Virus record (IMG/VR): IMGVR_UViG_3300022699_000232
Location: 10,288 to 74,287 of that record
Reading direction: 5' to 3' (one strand)
DNA from: a virus
Length of the DNA: 64,000 bases
The position numbers and the translations under genes were made by a program. Below the pieces are notes generated by a model that saw nothing but the letters and a program-made list of their open reading frames with translations, did no database searches and had not been told where the DNA came from. Shown piece after piece: positions 36,743 to 45,013 of the stretch. Position 1 is the stretch's first letter; every line of letters begins with the position of its first letter.

Positions 36743-37626
36743 TGTCTGGTAAGCCTTCTGCAATTGGGTTTGGATTCCAACCCTTCGGGGAATTCCCGTT
36801 CGGTCACGCGGACTGGGCAGAGGAAGTTACGTTCGCCGTCGCGCCTCAGCACGTCAGGGACGACGACGCCCTTTGTCCGTTCGACCCGCCGGTGCCGTTC
36901 CGGAAGCTGGCGGATTCTTACAAGCCGCAGCTTCAAGATCTACTGGACAATTGGGACCTGTTTCCGTCCCTGTGGGACGCCAACCGTGTTCCCATCGAGC
37001 AGCTAGCTCAGCTTGGCTATAACTTCAACATCTCGCCTAGTTCGCTGAAGAGTGAAGCTCTTCAGCGATCTGAAGTCCTCAACGCGGTTCAGTTCTTCCT
37101 CAACAAGGGAATCGATCAAGGCTACGAGATCGCTGCTGCTTTCTCTGGTCTGATCGTTACGATCACTCCGCTTTGGGCCGATTCGTGTGATGCCGGGGCC
37201 AACCTGATTGAAGAGGGGCCGACCGAGTTCTTCGCTACCTTCAACACGATTCCGGCGGACGCCATCTCAGCAGACGCGGTTTTCACCGATTTCTTCGCAC
37301 GATGGCCGGGGATGCTCACCTGGGATCTTCCTTGTCGAACCTCTTGGCTCAAGCTCTTCTTCACGACACCTGACGATACGGAGATCGAAGACTTCTCGGC
37401 TGTTGCTGAGGACGTCATCAACAACGTGGAGCGCGTCCGCCCAATCCACGTTCGTATCGCGCAGTTCAGGTTCGACGGACCGAGGGCTGTAGGAGGCGGA
37501 TGGACTCTTCCTGTTCAGGCCGAGAACGCAGCAGTCGGCGGCGGCTGGACGCTGCCTGTAGTGGGCGAACTTCGCGCAACTGGTGGTGGCTGGACACTGC
37601 CCGTCGTTGGAACCCCATCGCCGTAG
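36742..37626 (+). CDS. Baseplate tail-protein-I-like subunit with C-terminal 15-aa repeats
   Basis: LAQLGYNF...QRSEVLNAVQFFLNKGIDQG...ERVRPIHV; AxGGGWTLPV three times at 37486, 37531 and 37576. Confidence 0.72.
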   Translation: MSGKPSAIGFGFQPFGEFPFGHADWAEEVTFAVAPQHVRDDDALCPFDPPVPFRKLADSYKPQLQDLLDNWDLFPSLWDANRVPIEQLAQLGYNFNISPSSLKSEALQRSEVLNAVQFFLNKGIDQGYEIAAAFSGLIVTITPLWADSCDAGANLIEEGPTEFFATFNTIPADAISADAVFTDFFARWPGMLTWDLPCRTSWLKLFFTTPDDTEIEDFSAVAEDVINNVERVRPIHVRIAQFRFDGPRAVGGGWTLPVQAENAAVGGGWTLPVVGELRATGGGWTLPVVGTPSP

Positions 37627-37638
37627 GAGACAGAGGTC

Positions 37639-37896
37639 ATGAGCACGACGATGACTTGGGAGGAGTTCATCTACGAGCTTTCTGCGCTGGGTTTCGTCTA
37701 CGACAAGCGTGATCGAAGCTGGAAGCGTGAGGATGGTGTGGCTGCTTGTGATGAGGCACTACGCGATCTTCATCGTAACTGGCCAGCTATGATGGGTGCT
37801 GTGCTGCATCTCTACGCAGAGGGGTCGAAGACGGTCTACATCGAGTTCAACCGCGAGGGCAACACCTTCGTCGCGCGTCTACGCTCGGAGAAGTAA
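37639..37896 (+). CDS. Small hypothetical protein
   Basis: GAGG RBS; fills the operon gap. Confidence 0.65.
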   Translation: MSTTMTWEEFIYELSALGFVYDKRDRSWKREDGVAACDEALRDLHRNWPAMMGAVLHLYAEGSKTVYIEFNREGNTFVARLRSEK

Positions 37897-37899
37897 GAC

Positions 37900-39345
37900 A
37901 TGGCTAAGTTCCTGGCATATAAGCGCGACGACCGGCAAGTAGTCACCGTCAACACCATCGATGTGCTCGTCGAGAGCCTCGGAAACCAGGTTGCCGGTGC
38001 AGATGTCCTGTCGGACTTTCCGAATCGGTGCGAAAACGTCGTTTGTGAGTTCAGGGGCGACTACTACCTCCTCTACCGCACACCCAGCAACGAGATTCGA
38101 CTCTCCCTTCTCGATCTTGGGTCAGGAGTCTGGGCCGATGTAGTCGGGTTTACCGCCATCACGACAGTTTCGGGCACTCTCGTTCCTATGTGCCTTCAGG
38201 TCGTTCGTGACAGGCTTGTTGCCATCGCGACGGTTGCTAACTCGGTCGGCGTCGACGGTGTGATCGCGCGTCGTAGCGCATCAGACGACGGCTCGACGTG
38301 GAGTCCCATCAACACTCAGAACTTCGCAACCCAGCCTACGGACTCTCGGGCTGGGCCCAGCATCGTCTGGCACAACGCCGTCTTCTTCACCACATCTGAG
38401 GGGATCGGTTACTACGATCCTGCTTCTGACACTCTGACGTCGACTTTCGACGACGGCGATGACAGCAGTATCACGGGCCAGAAGGCGAACTTCGGCGCCT
38501 TCACGTTCTTCGAGAATGATCTCTACTACGTCCTACCGACGGACAATCCGAGCGGTGCCCCCAACATCTACAGGCTGGACAAGACGTGGTCAACGACTGC
38601 GCCGACACCAACTTGGCAGAATCTTCTGATCGTGATTCCGGGAACAGGAGAGGTTGTTCTCAATAACGATACCGGCAACTACTCCATGTTCGTGAACCGG
38701 AACGGCATCATCAGCTTGCTCTACAGCGGAACGCTCGGCTCGAAGTTGGTCACGATTGAGGGATCTGGTTCGATGTTCACGGTCACAGACCTGTCGGACA
38801 CGCTTGTTCCGCTGACGATCCGGGGTGAGCCGAACCTCGGCTTTGCCTACTACGTCGATGACCGCCGCCGGACCAACGAGAGGCACACGATCATCGTCCG
38901 GTTCCGGCCCTCGATTCCTCAATCAGTGCTTCTCTATTCCTGGGATGGCGTCTCTGAATTGGAGCAGGTCGGCACGCTCGATGGCGGTGGAACCGGTCTC
39001 GACCTTATGGTGCCAGAAGTCGAGCGCGGCGACTTTCGCACCTTCACCGACAATCAACCGTCGGTGTTCGTTGACGACGCGAGCCAACCCTTTCCGGGGC
39101 GCGTGCGAGTCGACTACACGATTCGCGACGACAGTTCTCGCCCCATCGACGTGATCCCGGAGTACTCCATCAACGGTCAGGATTGGTTCGAGATGACTCA
39201 GGGCGACGGAGACTCTGGTAAGGAAAACCTGACTTCCTCCCCCACCGGTCTCTCCTACTTCTTCAACTGGGATGCCTTCGTTGATCTCGACGGAGACTTC
39301 GACAACGTCGACATCCGCGTCGTCGCCAGGATCGCAGGAGTCTAG
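37900..39345 (+). CDS. Putative propeller plus Ig-like virion protein (family A, copy 2)
   Basis: NVVCEFRGDYYL, DLSDTLVP, C-terminal FNWDAFVD. Confidence 0.72.
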   Translation: MAKFLAYKRDDRQVVTVNTIDVLVESLGNQVAGADVLSDFPNRCENVVCEFRGDYYLLYRTPSNEIRLSLLDLGSGVWADVVGFTAITTVSGTLVPMCLQVVRDRLVAIATVANSVGVDGVIARRSASDDGSTWSPINTQNFATQPTDSRAGPSIVWHNAVFFTTSEGIGYYDPASDTLTSTFDDGDDSSITGQKANFGAFTFFENDLYYVLPTDNPSGAPNIYRLDKTWSTTAPTPTWQNLLIVIPGTGEVVLNNDTGNYSMFVNRNGIISLLYSGTLGSKLVTIEGSGSMFTVTDLSDTLVPLTIRGEPNLGFAYYVDDRRRTNERHTIIVRFRPSIPQSVLLYSWDGVSELEQVGTLDGGGTGLDLMVPEVERGDFRTFTDNQPSVFVDDASQPFPGRVRVDYTIRDDSSRPIDVIPEYSINGQDWFEMTQGDGDSGKENLTSSPTGLSYFFNWDAFVDLDGDFDNVDIRVVARIAGV

Positions 39346-39347
39346 TC

Positions 39348-39512
39348 ATGCTCGTCTACACGCTTGCCGATGGCTCCAAGTTCTACGTCAAGGAATCTGC
39401 GACCATCATGACCAACATGGGGCCGAAGCAGGCCGATGAGGCCCAGGTCGGTCACTACATCCGACTCGGGGGATGCCCCTTCTGTCGGATCGATATGATC
39501 GTCCAGAAGTAG
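39348..39512 (+). CDS. 54-aa protein resembling half a Hint fold (below the ORF-track cutoff)
   Basis: AGGAG RBS; MLVYTLADGSKFYVKESATIMTNMGPKQADEAQVGHYIRLGGCPFCRIDMIVQK; exactly fills the gap between neighbours. Confidence 0.7.
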   Translation: MLVYTLADGSKFYVKESATIMTNMGPKQADEAQVGHYIRLGGCPFCRIDMIVQK

Positions 39513-39522
39513 GGAGCGCGCT

Positions 39523-40965
39523 GTGGCTGAGACTTTTCTCGTCCTGCGAAGCAACGATACGAGCCCGCAACTCTTCTTCCACAATGGGTTCACCATCGAT
39601 TCCTCAGGACTCGGTTCTCTTCCGGGCGCATCGCTCGAAGACCTAACCGCGCTCGGAGGCGTCCGCGACAACGTCAAGCAGAACAACCGCGTATTTACCT
39701 TCCTGGACATGATCTTCGTGATCCAAGACGGCGTGATCTACCGGAGCACGGACGAGGCAACGACGTTCGCTTCGGACTTCACGTTCACCGGGACAACGGA
39801 CGACTGGTACCCGCAAGTCATCGGACCCGTCCCGGTCATGGTCCAAGGCGCCATCAAGCTCGTGGGCTTCTACATGAGCGGCGTCAACATCTTCGTGTTC
39901 GAGTACGACCTCGCGGGCGATACCTGGTCGGACAGCGATACGACCGTAGACGTGACGACCGGAACTGCTGGTCAGACGGTTCCCGTCGTGTCTAACAACC
40001 TCGTCTATGTGCGCATCGGCGACATGTTTATCGCCTACGATCCGTCCTCTGGCGGAACCATCACCCTCTCAAGCTCCCTCTCGAATGAAGGCGCCGACCA
40101 GATGGTTCTCTGGAACGGCGGATTGTGGCTCGGTCCCATTACCGACGGCGCCCCAGCCCACGCCGGCATCGCGACGCTGGATGGTGCTTCCTGGGACGTG
40201 GATACGAACGGTGCCGACCTCGGCGTAGGGGCTTCGGACTTTCCTTCGACATCGAGCAAGGCGGGTCTCTTCGTCGACCCCAACACCAACAATCTGATCG
40301 TGATGTGGACGTCGGATGCAGGCAACTTCTTCGTCCACAGCATTACTCCTGGTCTTGTTGTCACAGACCTTACGGGAACCGTCGCCGGGTCATCGCTTAC
40401 GACCCTAGGCACTTTCGGCGCTAACACTCGGTTCTGGCCTCACGTCACCCGCCAACCGGGGGGCACTTACGGCGTATTCATCTACGCCGCTCGTGGTCCG
40501 ACGCCGAGCGATCCCATCGAGAAGTTCGAGTGGGTCGACGATGCAACGCAGATCATCGAGCACGGTGTGGTCGGTGGCTCCGGTGATATGGCGTTTCCTT
40601 ACGCCATTCACGGCGGCGACTACAACGGGTTCTTCGTGGACGAGAAGCGCGTCCTTCAGACCGCGCAATCAGTGAATCCGAGCGGAATCACCGTCACTTG
40701 CCAGGTCTACCAGAACGGCGGAACGGTCCTCTCAGTGCGAGGACACCACGACAACGTGCAGGCGAACGTCAATAACCTGACCCTCGATCCGATGACCATC
40801 CTCAATCCGGCGGGAGATCCGGGTCTCTCCTTGGGCGGGTCGAACCCAGGTGCCCAAGTCGACAACGTTCCCGCCGACAAAACGCCGATCACCTTCGACT
40901 GGGATCAGATCGCTGATGGGTTTGTCACTGGCGACACCTACAACTATCAGCTTGAGGCGTTCTAG
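39523..40965 (+). CDS. Putative propeller plus Ig-like virion protein (family A, copy 3)
   Basis: NRVFTFLDMIF, YRSTD, DLTGTV, DWDQIADGFVTG. Confidence 0.72.
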   Translation: MAETFLVLRSNDTSPQLFFHNGFTIDSSGLGSLPGASLEDLTALGGVRDNVKQNNRVFTFLDMIFVIQDGVIYRSTDEATTFASDFTFTGTTDDWYPQVIGPVPVMVQGAIKLVGFYMSGVNIFVFEYDLAGDTWSDSDTTVDVTTGTAGQTVPVVSNNLVYVRIGDMFIAYDPSSGGTITLSSSLSNEGADQMVLWNGGLWLGPITDGAPAHAGIATLDGASWDVDTNGADLGVGASDFPSTSSKAGLFVDPNTNNLIVMWTSDAGNFFVHSITPGLVVTDLTGTVAGSSLTTLGTFGANTRFWPHVTRQPGGTYGVFIYAARGPTPSDPIEKFEWVDDATQIIEHGVVGGSGDMAFPYAIHGGDYNGFFVDEKRVLQTAQSVNPSGITVTCQVYQNGGTVLSVRGHHDNVQANVNNLTLDPMTILNPAGDPGLSLGGSNPGAQVDNVPADKTPITFDWDQIADGFVTGDTYNYQLEAF

Positions 40966-40982
40966 GCGGATCGAGTTAGAGC

Positions 40983-42554
40983 ATGGCTACCGAATTCCTT
41001 GCGATGCACAACAAGTTCTCTGGCACCATCGGCAACGGTGTTGCCGTCTTTCGTGTGCTCAACGCAACTTCGGCCCAAGTCGGAAATGGGTTCGCCAGAA
41101 GAGAGCAGTTCTCCTCACAGTTTACCTTCGGGCTCCAGCGTGTCGTCCAGTTCAAAGGGGCCGAGGATCTCTATGCTGGGACTGGATCCGAGGGTGGTTC
41201 AGCCGGCGACGATGGTGGAGTGTATAAGTACAACCCCTCAACAAGCAATTGGGACCAAGTGGTTAGTGAGGGGAGCTTTACCGAGGGATTCGATACCACA
41301 ATGGGGCATCTCTTCGTGGGCCCTTACGTGGTATTCGTTAACGGCGAACCACATCTTGCTGTTCTAGCGCCCGGTAATAACAACGCTCGATTCCAGGGCG
41401 CCCGCTCGGTCGATGGTTCGACCTGGTCATTTTCGGCCGCATCCGATTTCTCTGGGTCTGTAGATGCCGAGCGTGAAGCGGACTGCTGGAACAGCCATGT
41501 CTTCGGAAACGCTATCTATACGTTCATCGAGGACGATGTCACCTTCTCAGCAACCGAGGGCTGGTTTGCCGTCTCTTATGATCCCGCAGCACAATCAGTC
41601 TCGCTTCACACGGTCGACTCCGGCTTGCACGGAGGCGGCGGCTCTAACAAGCAGGCGGCTGTTTGTTTTCTCAACGGACGACGATGGCTCATCAACTCGT
41701 GGCCCGGCGGCGGTGCGGACGAACCTCCGGTGGTTGTCGAATGGCCGGCGGGTCAGAACATTTCGTCCTCGCTTAATCGTTTGGTGCTTGAGTCTGGCGG
41801 TACTCCTTTTGGAAACAATCGTTGTGCATTATTCACCGACGGGACATTCCTTTACGCCCTCTACTACTACCAGAGTGTTGGGGACTCTGGTGGTGGCTGG
41901 CACATGATGAAGCTGCAAGAGAGTGGTGCCGGTCTTGCAATCGTGTCGGACCTGACCGATGTCGTACTTCCGGCCTCTGTCGGTCGAAATAGTGGTGCGG
42001 GTGGCCACTTCACTTGGATGTTCGACCAGGAAGTCAATCCAGGCGGTGTGCCTGAGATTCGTCTCTACCATGATTCTGGTGCGTCGTGGGATGTCTACAA
42101 ATGGAATGGTGACTCTGCTTTGATCGGTGCTGGCGGATCACCAAATGATTCTGGAGCCACTGATGGCATCATGATCCCTGGCGGACCAAACTCAGACGAC
42201 CAACCGATCTGGTGGTCCGACGGTCCCGATGGCGGTTCCGTCAACATCGAGTTTGAGCCGGCGACAAGCGGAGATGTAATCACGCCTGCGCTAGGCGGAG
42301 AGAGGCTGCGGTTCAAGATCTATGGACCGCTCGGAACTGAGACGGTAAACGTCAGAGTCTTCTTTGGCGAAGATGACGAATTTCAATTTCAGCAGGCCAG
42401 TCTCTCAGATGCTTCTCACGGCACCATCGTCAGTGACGAAATCCAGGGTCTCACGGCTGACGGTTCGACGATCTACGCCGTCACGGCCGGCTATCCCGGT
42501 GTTACGACCGGCGAACCGATCACAACGCAGTTGTACGTAGAGATCCAACCGTAG
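40983..42554 (+). CDS. Putative propeller plus Ig-like virion protein (family A, copy 4)
   Basis: QRVVQFKG, RSVDGSTW (Asp-box-like), DLTDVVLP, GGERLRFKIYG versus GGEAVRFKCYG in copy 1. Confidence 0.72.
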   Translation: MATEFLAMHNKFSGTIGNGVAVFRVLNATSAQVGNGFARREQFSSQFTFGLQRVVQFKGAEDLYAGTGSEGGSAGDDGGVYKYNPSTSNWDQVVSEGSFTEGFDTTMGHLFVGPYVVFVNGEPHLAVLAPGNNNARFQGARSVDGSTWSFSAASDFSGSVDAEREADCWNSHVFGNAIYTFIEDDVTFSATEGWFAVSYDPAAQSVSLHTVDSGLHGGGGSNKQAAVCFLNGRRWLINSWPGGGADEPPVVVEWPAGQNISSSLNRLVLESGGTPFGNNRCALFTDGTFLYALYYYQSVGDSGGGWHMMKLQESGAGLAIVSDLTDVVLPASVGRNSGAGGHFTWMFDQEVNPGGVPEIRLYHDSGASWDVYKWNGDSALIGAGGSPNDSGATDGIMIPGGPNSDDQPIWWSDGPDGGSVNIEFEPATSGDVITPALGGERLRFKIYGPLGTETVNVRVFFGEDDEFQFQQASLSDASHGTIVSDEIQGLTADGSTIYAVTAGYPGVTTGEPITTQLYVEIQP

Positions 42555-42563
42555 GCGTTCGCA

Positions 42564-43328
42564 ATGCCGTTTAGCTCCGGATTACTCCACAGCTTTAGGC
42601 CGCGACAGCTTGCTTCTTTCTCCTCCGGTCTGCTCCACTCACTGGTGCAGGGACCAGGTCGTCAGTTCACTGGTCTTACGGAAGACGAGGCGGAGTTCCC
42701 GCCGGCACAGGTCTACAGCGCCTCTACTGGGGATGTCATCATCACCGCTCCAGCACGTCAGTACGGGGGTACGTCGAGCGCCATTACGGTCTTGCCGCCT
42801 GCGCAGGTCTATAGTGGTAACGTTGGTGATGTTGTCCCTCCTATCGTCAGCGCATTTGGCTTCGGCGGCACAACCGGTGGTGAGGTGATCTTTACCATTC
42901 TCCCGGCCCCTCTCAATCTGACGGCTACGGTTGTGGACGCGGGCGATGTGGACCTGGTGTGGATCGATGCAAGTAGCGGCGGAGCCGATGGGTTCCGCGT
43001 CGAACGCTCGTTGACGGGGCAGAATACCTGGGAAGAGATCGGCGAAACCGAGCCCACGGAGACGAGCTTCCGGGATCGGTTCGCCATCCCCCTTGTCACC
43101 TACGACTACCGCGTATTCGCCTTCGATTCGGTGGGTGATTCGCTTCCATCGAATATTGCGATGGCGACGACGCCTCTTCCTCCGAACATCTCGACTCCCC
43201 CACCGCCAACGACTCCTGCTGACCCACAGCGCAATAAGCTGAAGCCATCGGAGGTCGAGTTCCTCAGTCCTGGTGTTTACGGTCTCGAAGAGGATGATGA
43301 GGGGAACATCACTGGGAACAAGCTATGA
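42564..43328 (+). CDS. Fibronectin type III domain virion protein
   Basis: PAPLNLTATVV...VDLVWID...GFRVERS...YDYRVFAFDSVGDSLPSN. Confidence 0.85.
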   Translation: MPFSSGLLHSFRPRQLASFSSGLLHSLVQGPGRQFTGLTEDEAEFPPAQVYSASTGDVIITAPARQYGGTSSAITVLPPAQVYSGNVGDVVPPIVSAFGFGGTTGGEVIFTILPAPLNLTATVVDAGDVDLVWIDASSGGADGFRVERSLTGQNTWEEIGETEPTETSFRDRFAIPLVTYDYRVFAFDSVGDSLPSNIAMATTPLPPNISTPPPPTTPADPQRNKLKPSEVEFLSPGVYGLEEDDEGNITGNKL

Positions 43329-43373
43329 TGGTCGGCGCAATTCGTCGCCGCCTTACGATTTGCGAGTAATCCT

Positions 43374-43916
43374 GTGCCACCTCCTCAGTCGTCTATAGGA
43401 CCGACGTTCGATCACTTTACGACCAGTGGCGCACCTAGCTCTAGCGGTCCGATCTTCGATCACGTCGCAGAGGCAGCACCCACAACCTCACTCGGTGCGG
43501 TTGCAGATCGGTTCACCTCCGCAAACCCCAGCGATTCCGCCGGACCGATCTTCGATCACATAGCGGAAGGGATTCCGGGGGCCTCGTTCGGACCAGTAAG
43601 CGACGCCTTCTCGCTCATCGGAATTTCGGCTGTTGGGCCCGTGTTCGACCACGAAACCGAAGCCACGCTACCAGCAAATGACGTGCATGGACCCGTCATC
43701 GACTCTTTTGCCCAGAAGGGGGTGGATGCCGTCGGCCCTGTGTTCGATCATGTGGTGGCAACTATCTCACCTCTTACCGTCAGCGACCCTGAATCGCTCA
43801 TCCCGGTCGACGTCGAGCGTAACCAGTTGGATCCTCAGGACGTAGAATACCTTAGCCCCGGCGTCTATTCTGGCGAGAAGGATCCTGAGGGGAACATCAC
43901 AGGCAATAAGTTCTGA
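43374..43916 (+). CDS. Repeat protein (eight ~16-aa GPxFDH-type units) sharing a C-terminal motif with the FN3 protein
   Basis: GPTFDH/GPIFDH/GAVADR/GPIFDH/GPVSDA/GPVFDH/GPVIDS/GPVFDH; ends LSPGVY...EGNITGNKF. Confidence 0.75.
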   Translation: MPPPQSSIGPTFDHFTTSGAPSSSGPIFDHVAEAAPTTSLGAVADRFTSANPSDSAGPIFDHIAEGIPGASFGPVSDAFSLIGISAVGPVFDHETEATLPANDVHGPVIDSFAQKGVDAVGPVFDHVVATISPLTVSDPESLIPVDVERNQLDPQDVEYLSPGVYSGEKDPEGNITGNKF

Positions 43917-43931
43917 GGATGTGGAGCAGCT

Positions 43932-44999
43932 ATGGCCTTTGTCTACCCTGACCGAGTCAAGGAGCAGTCGTCTACTACGGGTACCGGCGACCTTACCCTT
44001 GCTGGGGCCGTTCCGGGGTTCCGCACCTTCGATACAGGCGTGGCGGTTGGCAACCAGACCTACTACACCATCGTCTTGGACTCCAACAACACCTGGGAAG
44101 TGGGTATCGGCACGCTCACAGGAAGTAACATCCTTCAGCGCACAACCGTCCTCGCTTCCTCGAACGCGAACCTCCTCGTCAACTTCGCTTCCGGAACGAA
44201 GATCGTCAGCGCTGTCGTTGCGTCTCAGTTCTTCGCTCAGACGCTTCTCACCTCAGCCCACGCTACGCTCAACCATTCCGGAATCCCCGGGGTCCCGGCT
44301 CCCGAGTCCTTCACCTCCGCCAGTCATGATCTCGTCGACCACACGGCAGCACCCTTCAATCTCCTCGACGTAACGGCACACGAGTCGGTCAATCACCTCG
44401 CTCCGCCCTTCAACTTGCTGGACGAGCCGACGCATGATCTGTTGGACCACACCGGTCTTCCGGGCGTAAGCAGCTTCGATTCGTCTGCTCACGCTACTAC
44501 TAACCACACAGGTCTTCCGGGTGTTCCGCCTCCAGAGTCTTTCACCAATGCGGTCCACGCTGTCACAGACCACGCCAGTATCCCGGGCGTGTTCTCGCTT
44601 GCGACTCACGCGGCGACTAACCATGCCGGAATTCCGGGTGTTCCCGGGGCGCTCCAGTTCGCGACGCACACGTTCGGTCCGACCTCGTCCAACATCTCCT
44701 TCTCTGTCGGGTTCACACCCTTCATGCTGGTCGTGCTTTACGAGCTTTCCGACACAGGAGGCGGAGTCGGTGTTGCATTCGGAACCAATAGCGGAGATCA
44801 GTCGACTGGCACTCTGAACTTCGGCGCTACGTCATCCTGGGAGCATATCCCCGAACGTGTGATCTCGTCGTCCTCTCAGAATCCGGACAACGTCATCTAT
44901 ACGCTCTCCACGTTCGGCGGGGGCACGGTCACGCTTACGAGTTCCGGCGACACCTCGGCCGACACCGTGAGCGGCAGAGTTTTTGTTTTCGGTAACTAA
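43932..44999 (+). CDS. Tail fibre protein with seven His repeats
   Basis: MAFVYPDRVKEQSSTTGTGDLTLAGA...WEVGIGT...LQRTTVLASSN, a common fibre N-domain; seven H-x3-[DN]-H units. Confidence 0.82.
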   Translation: MAFVYPDRVKEQSSTTGTGDLTLAGAVPGFRTFDTGVAVGNQTYYTIVLDSNNTWEVGIGTLTGSNILQRTTVLASSNANLLVNFASGTKIVSAVVASQFFAQTLLTSAHATLNHSGIPGVPAPESFTSASHDLVDHTAAPFNLLDVTAHESVNHLAPPFNLLDEPTHDLLDHTGLPGVSSFDSSAHATTNHTGLPGVPPPESFTNAVHAVTDHASIPGVFSLATHAATNHAGIPGVPGALQFATHTFGPTSSNISFSVGFTPFMLVVLYELSDTGGGVGVAFGTNSGDQSTGTLNFGATSSWEHIPERVISSSSQNPDNVIYTLSTFGGGTVTLTSSGDTSADTVSGRVFVFGN

Positions 45000-45013
45000 A
45001 GGAACCCGAGCAG

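Noticed and set aside
25719-37626. Bacterial eCIS/T6SS/tailocin locus
   Set aside because: Portal, prohead protease and gp23 capsid genes in the same block identify a phage.
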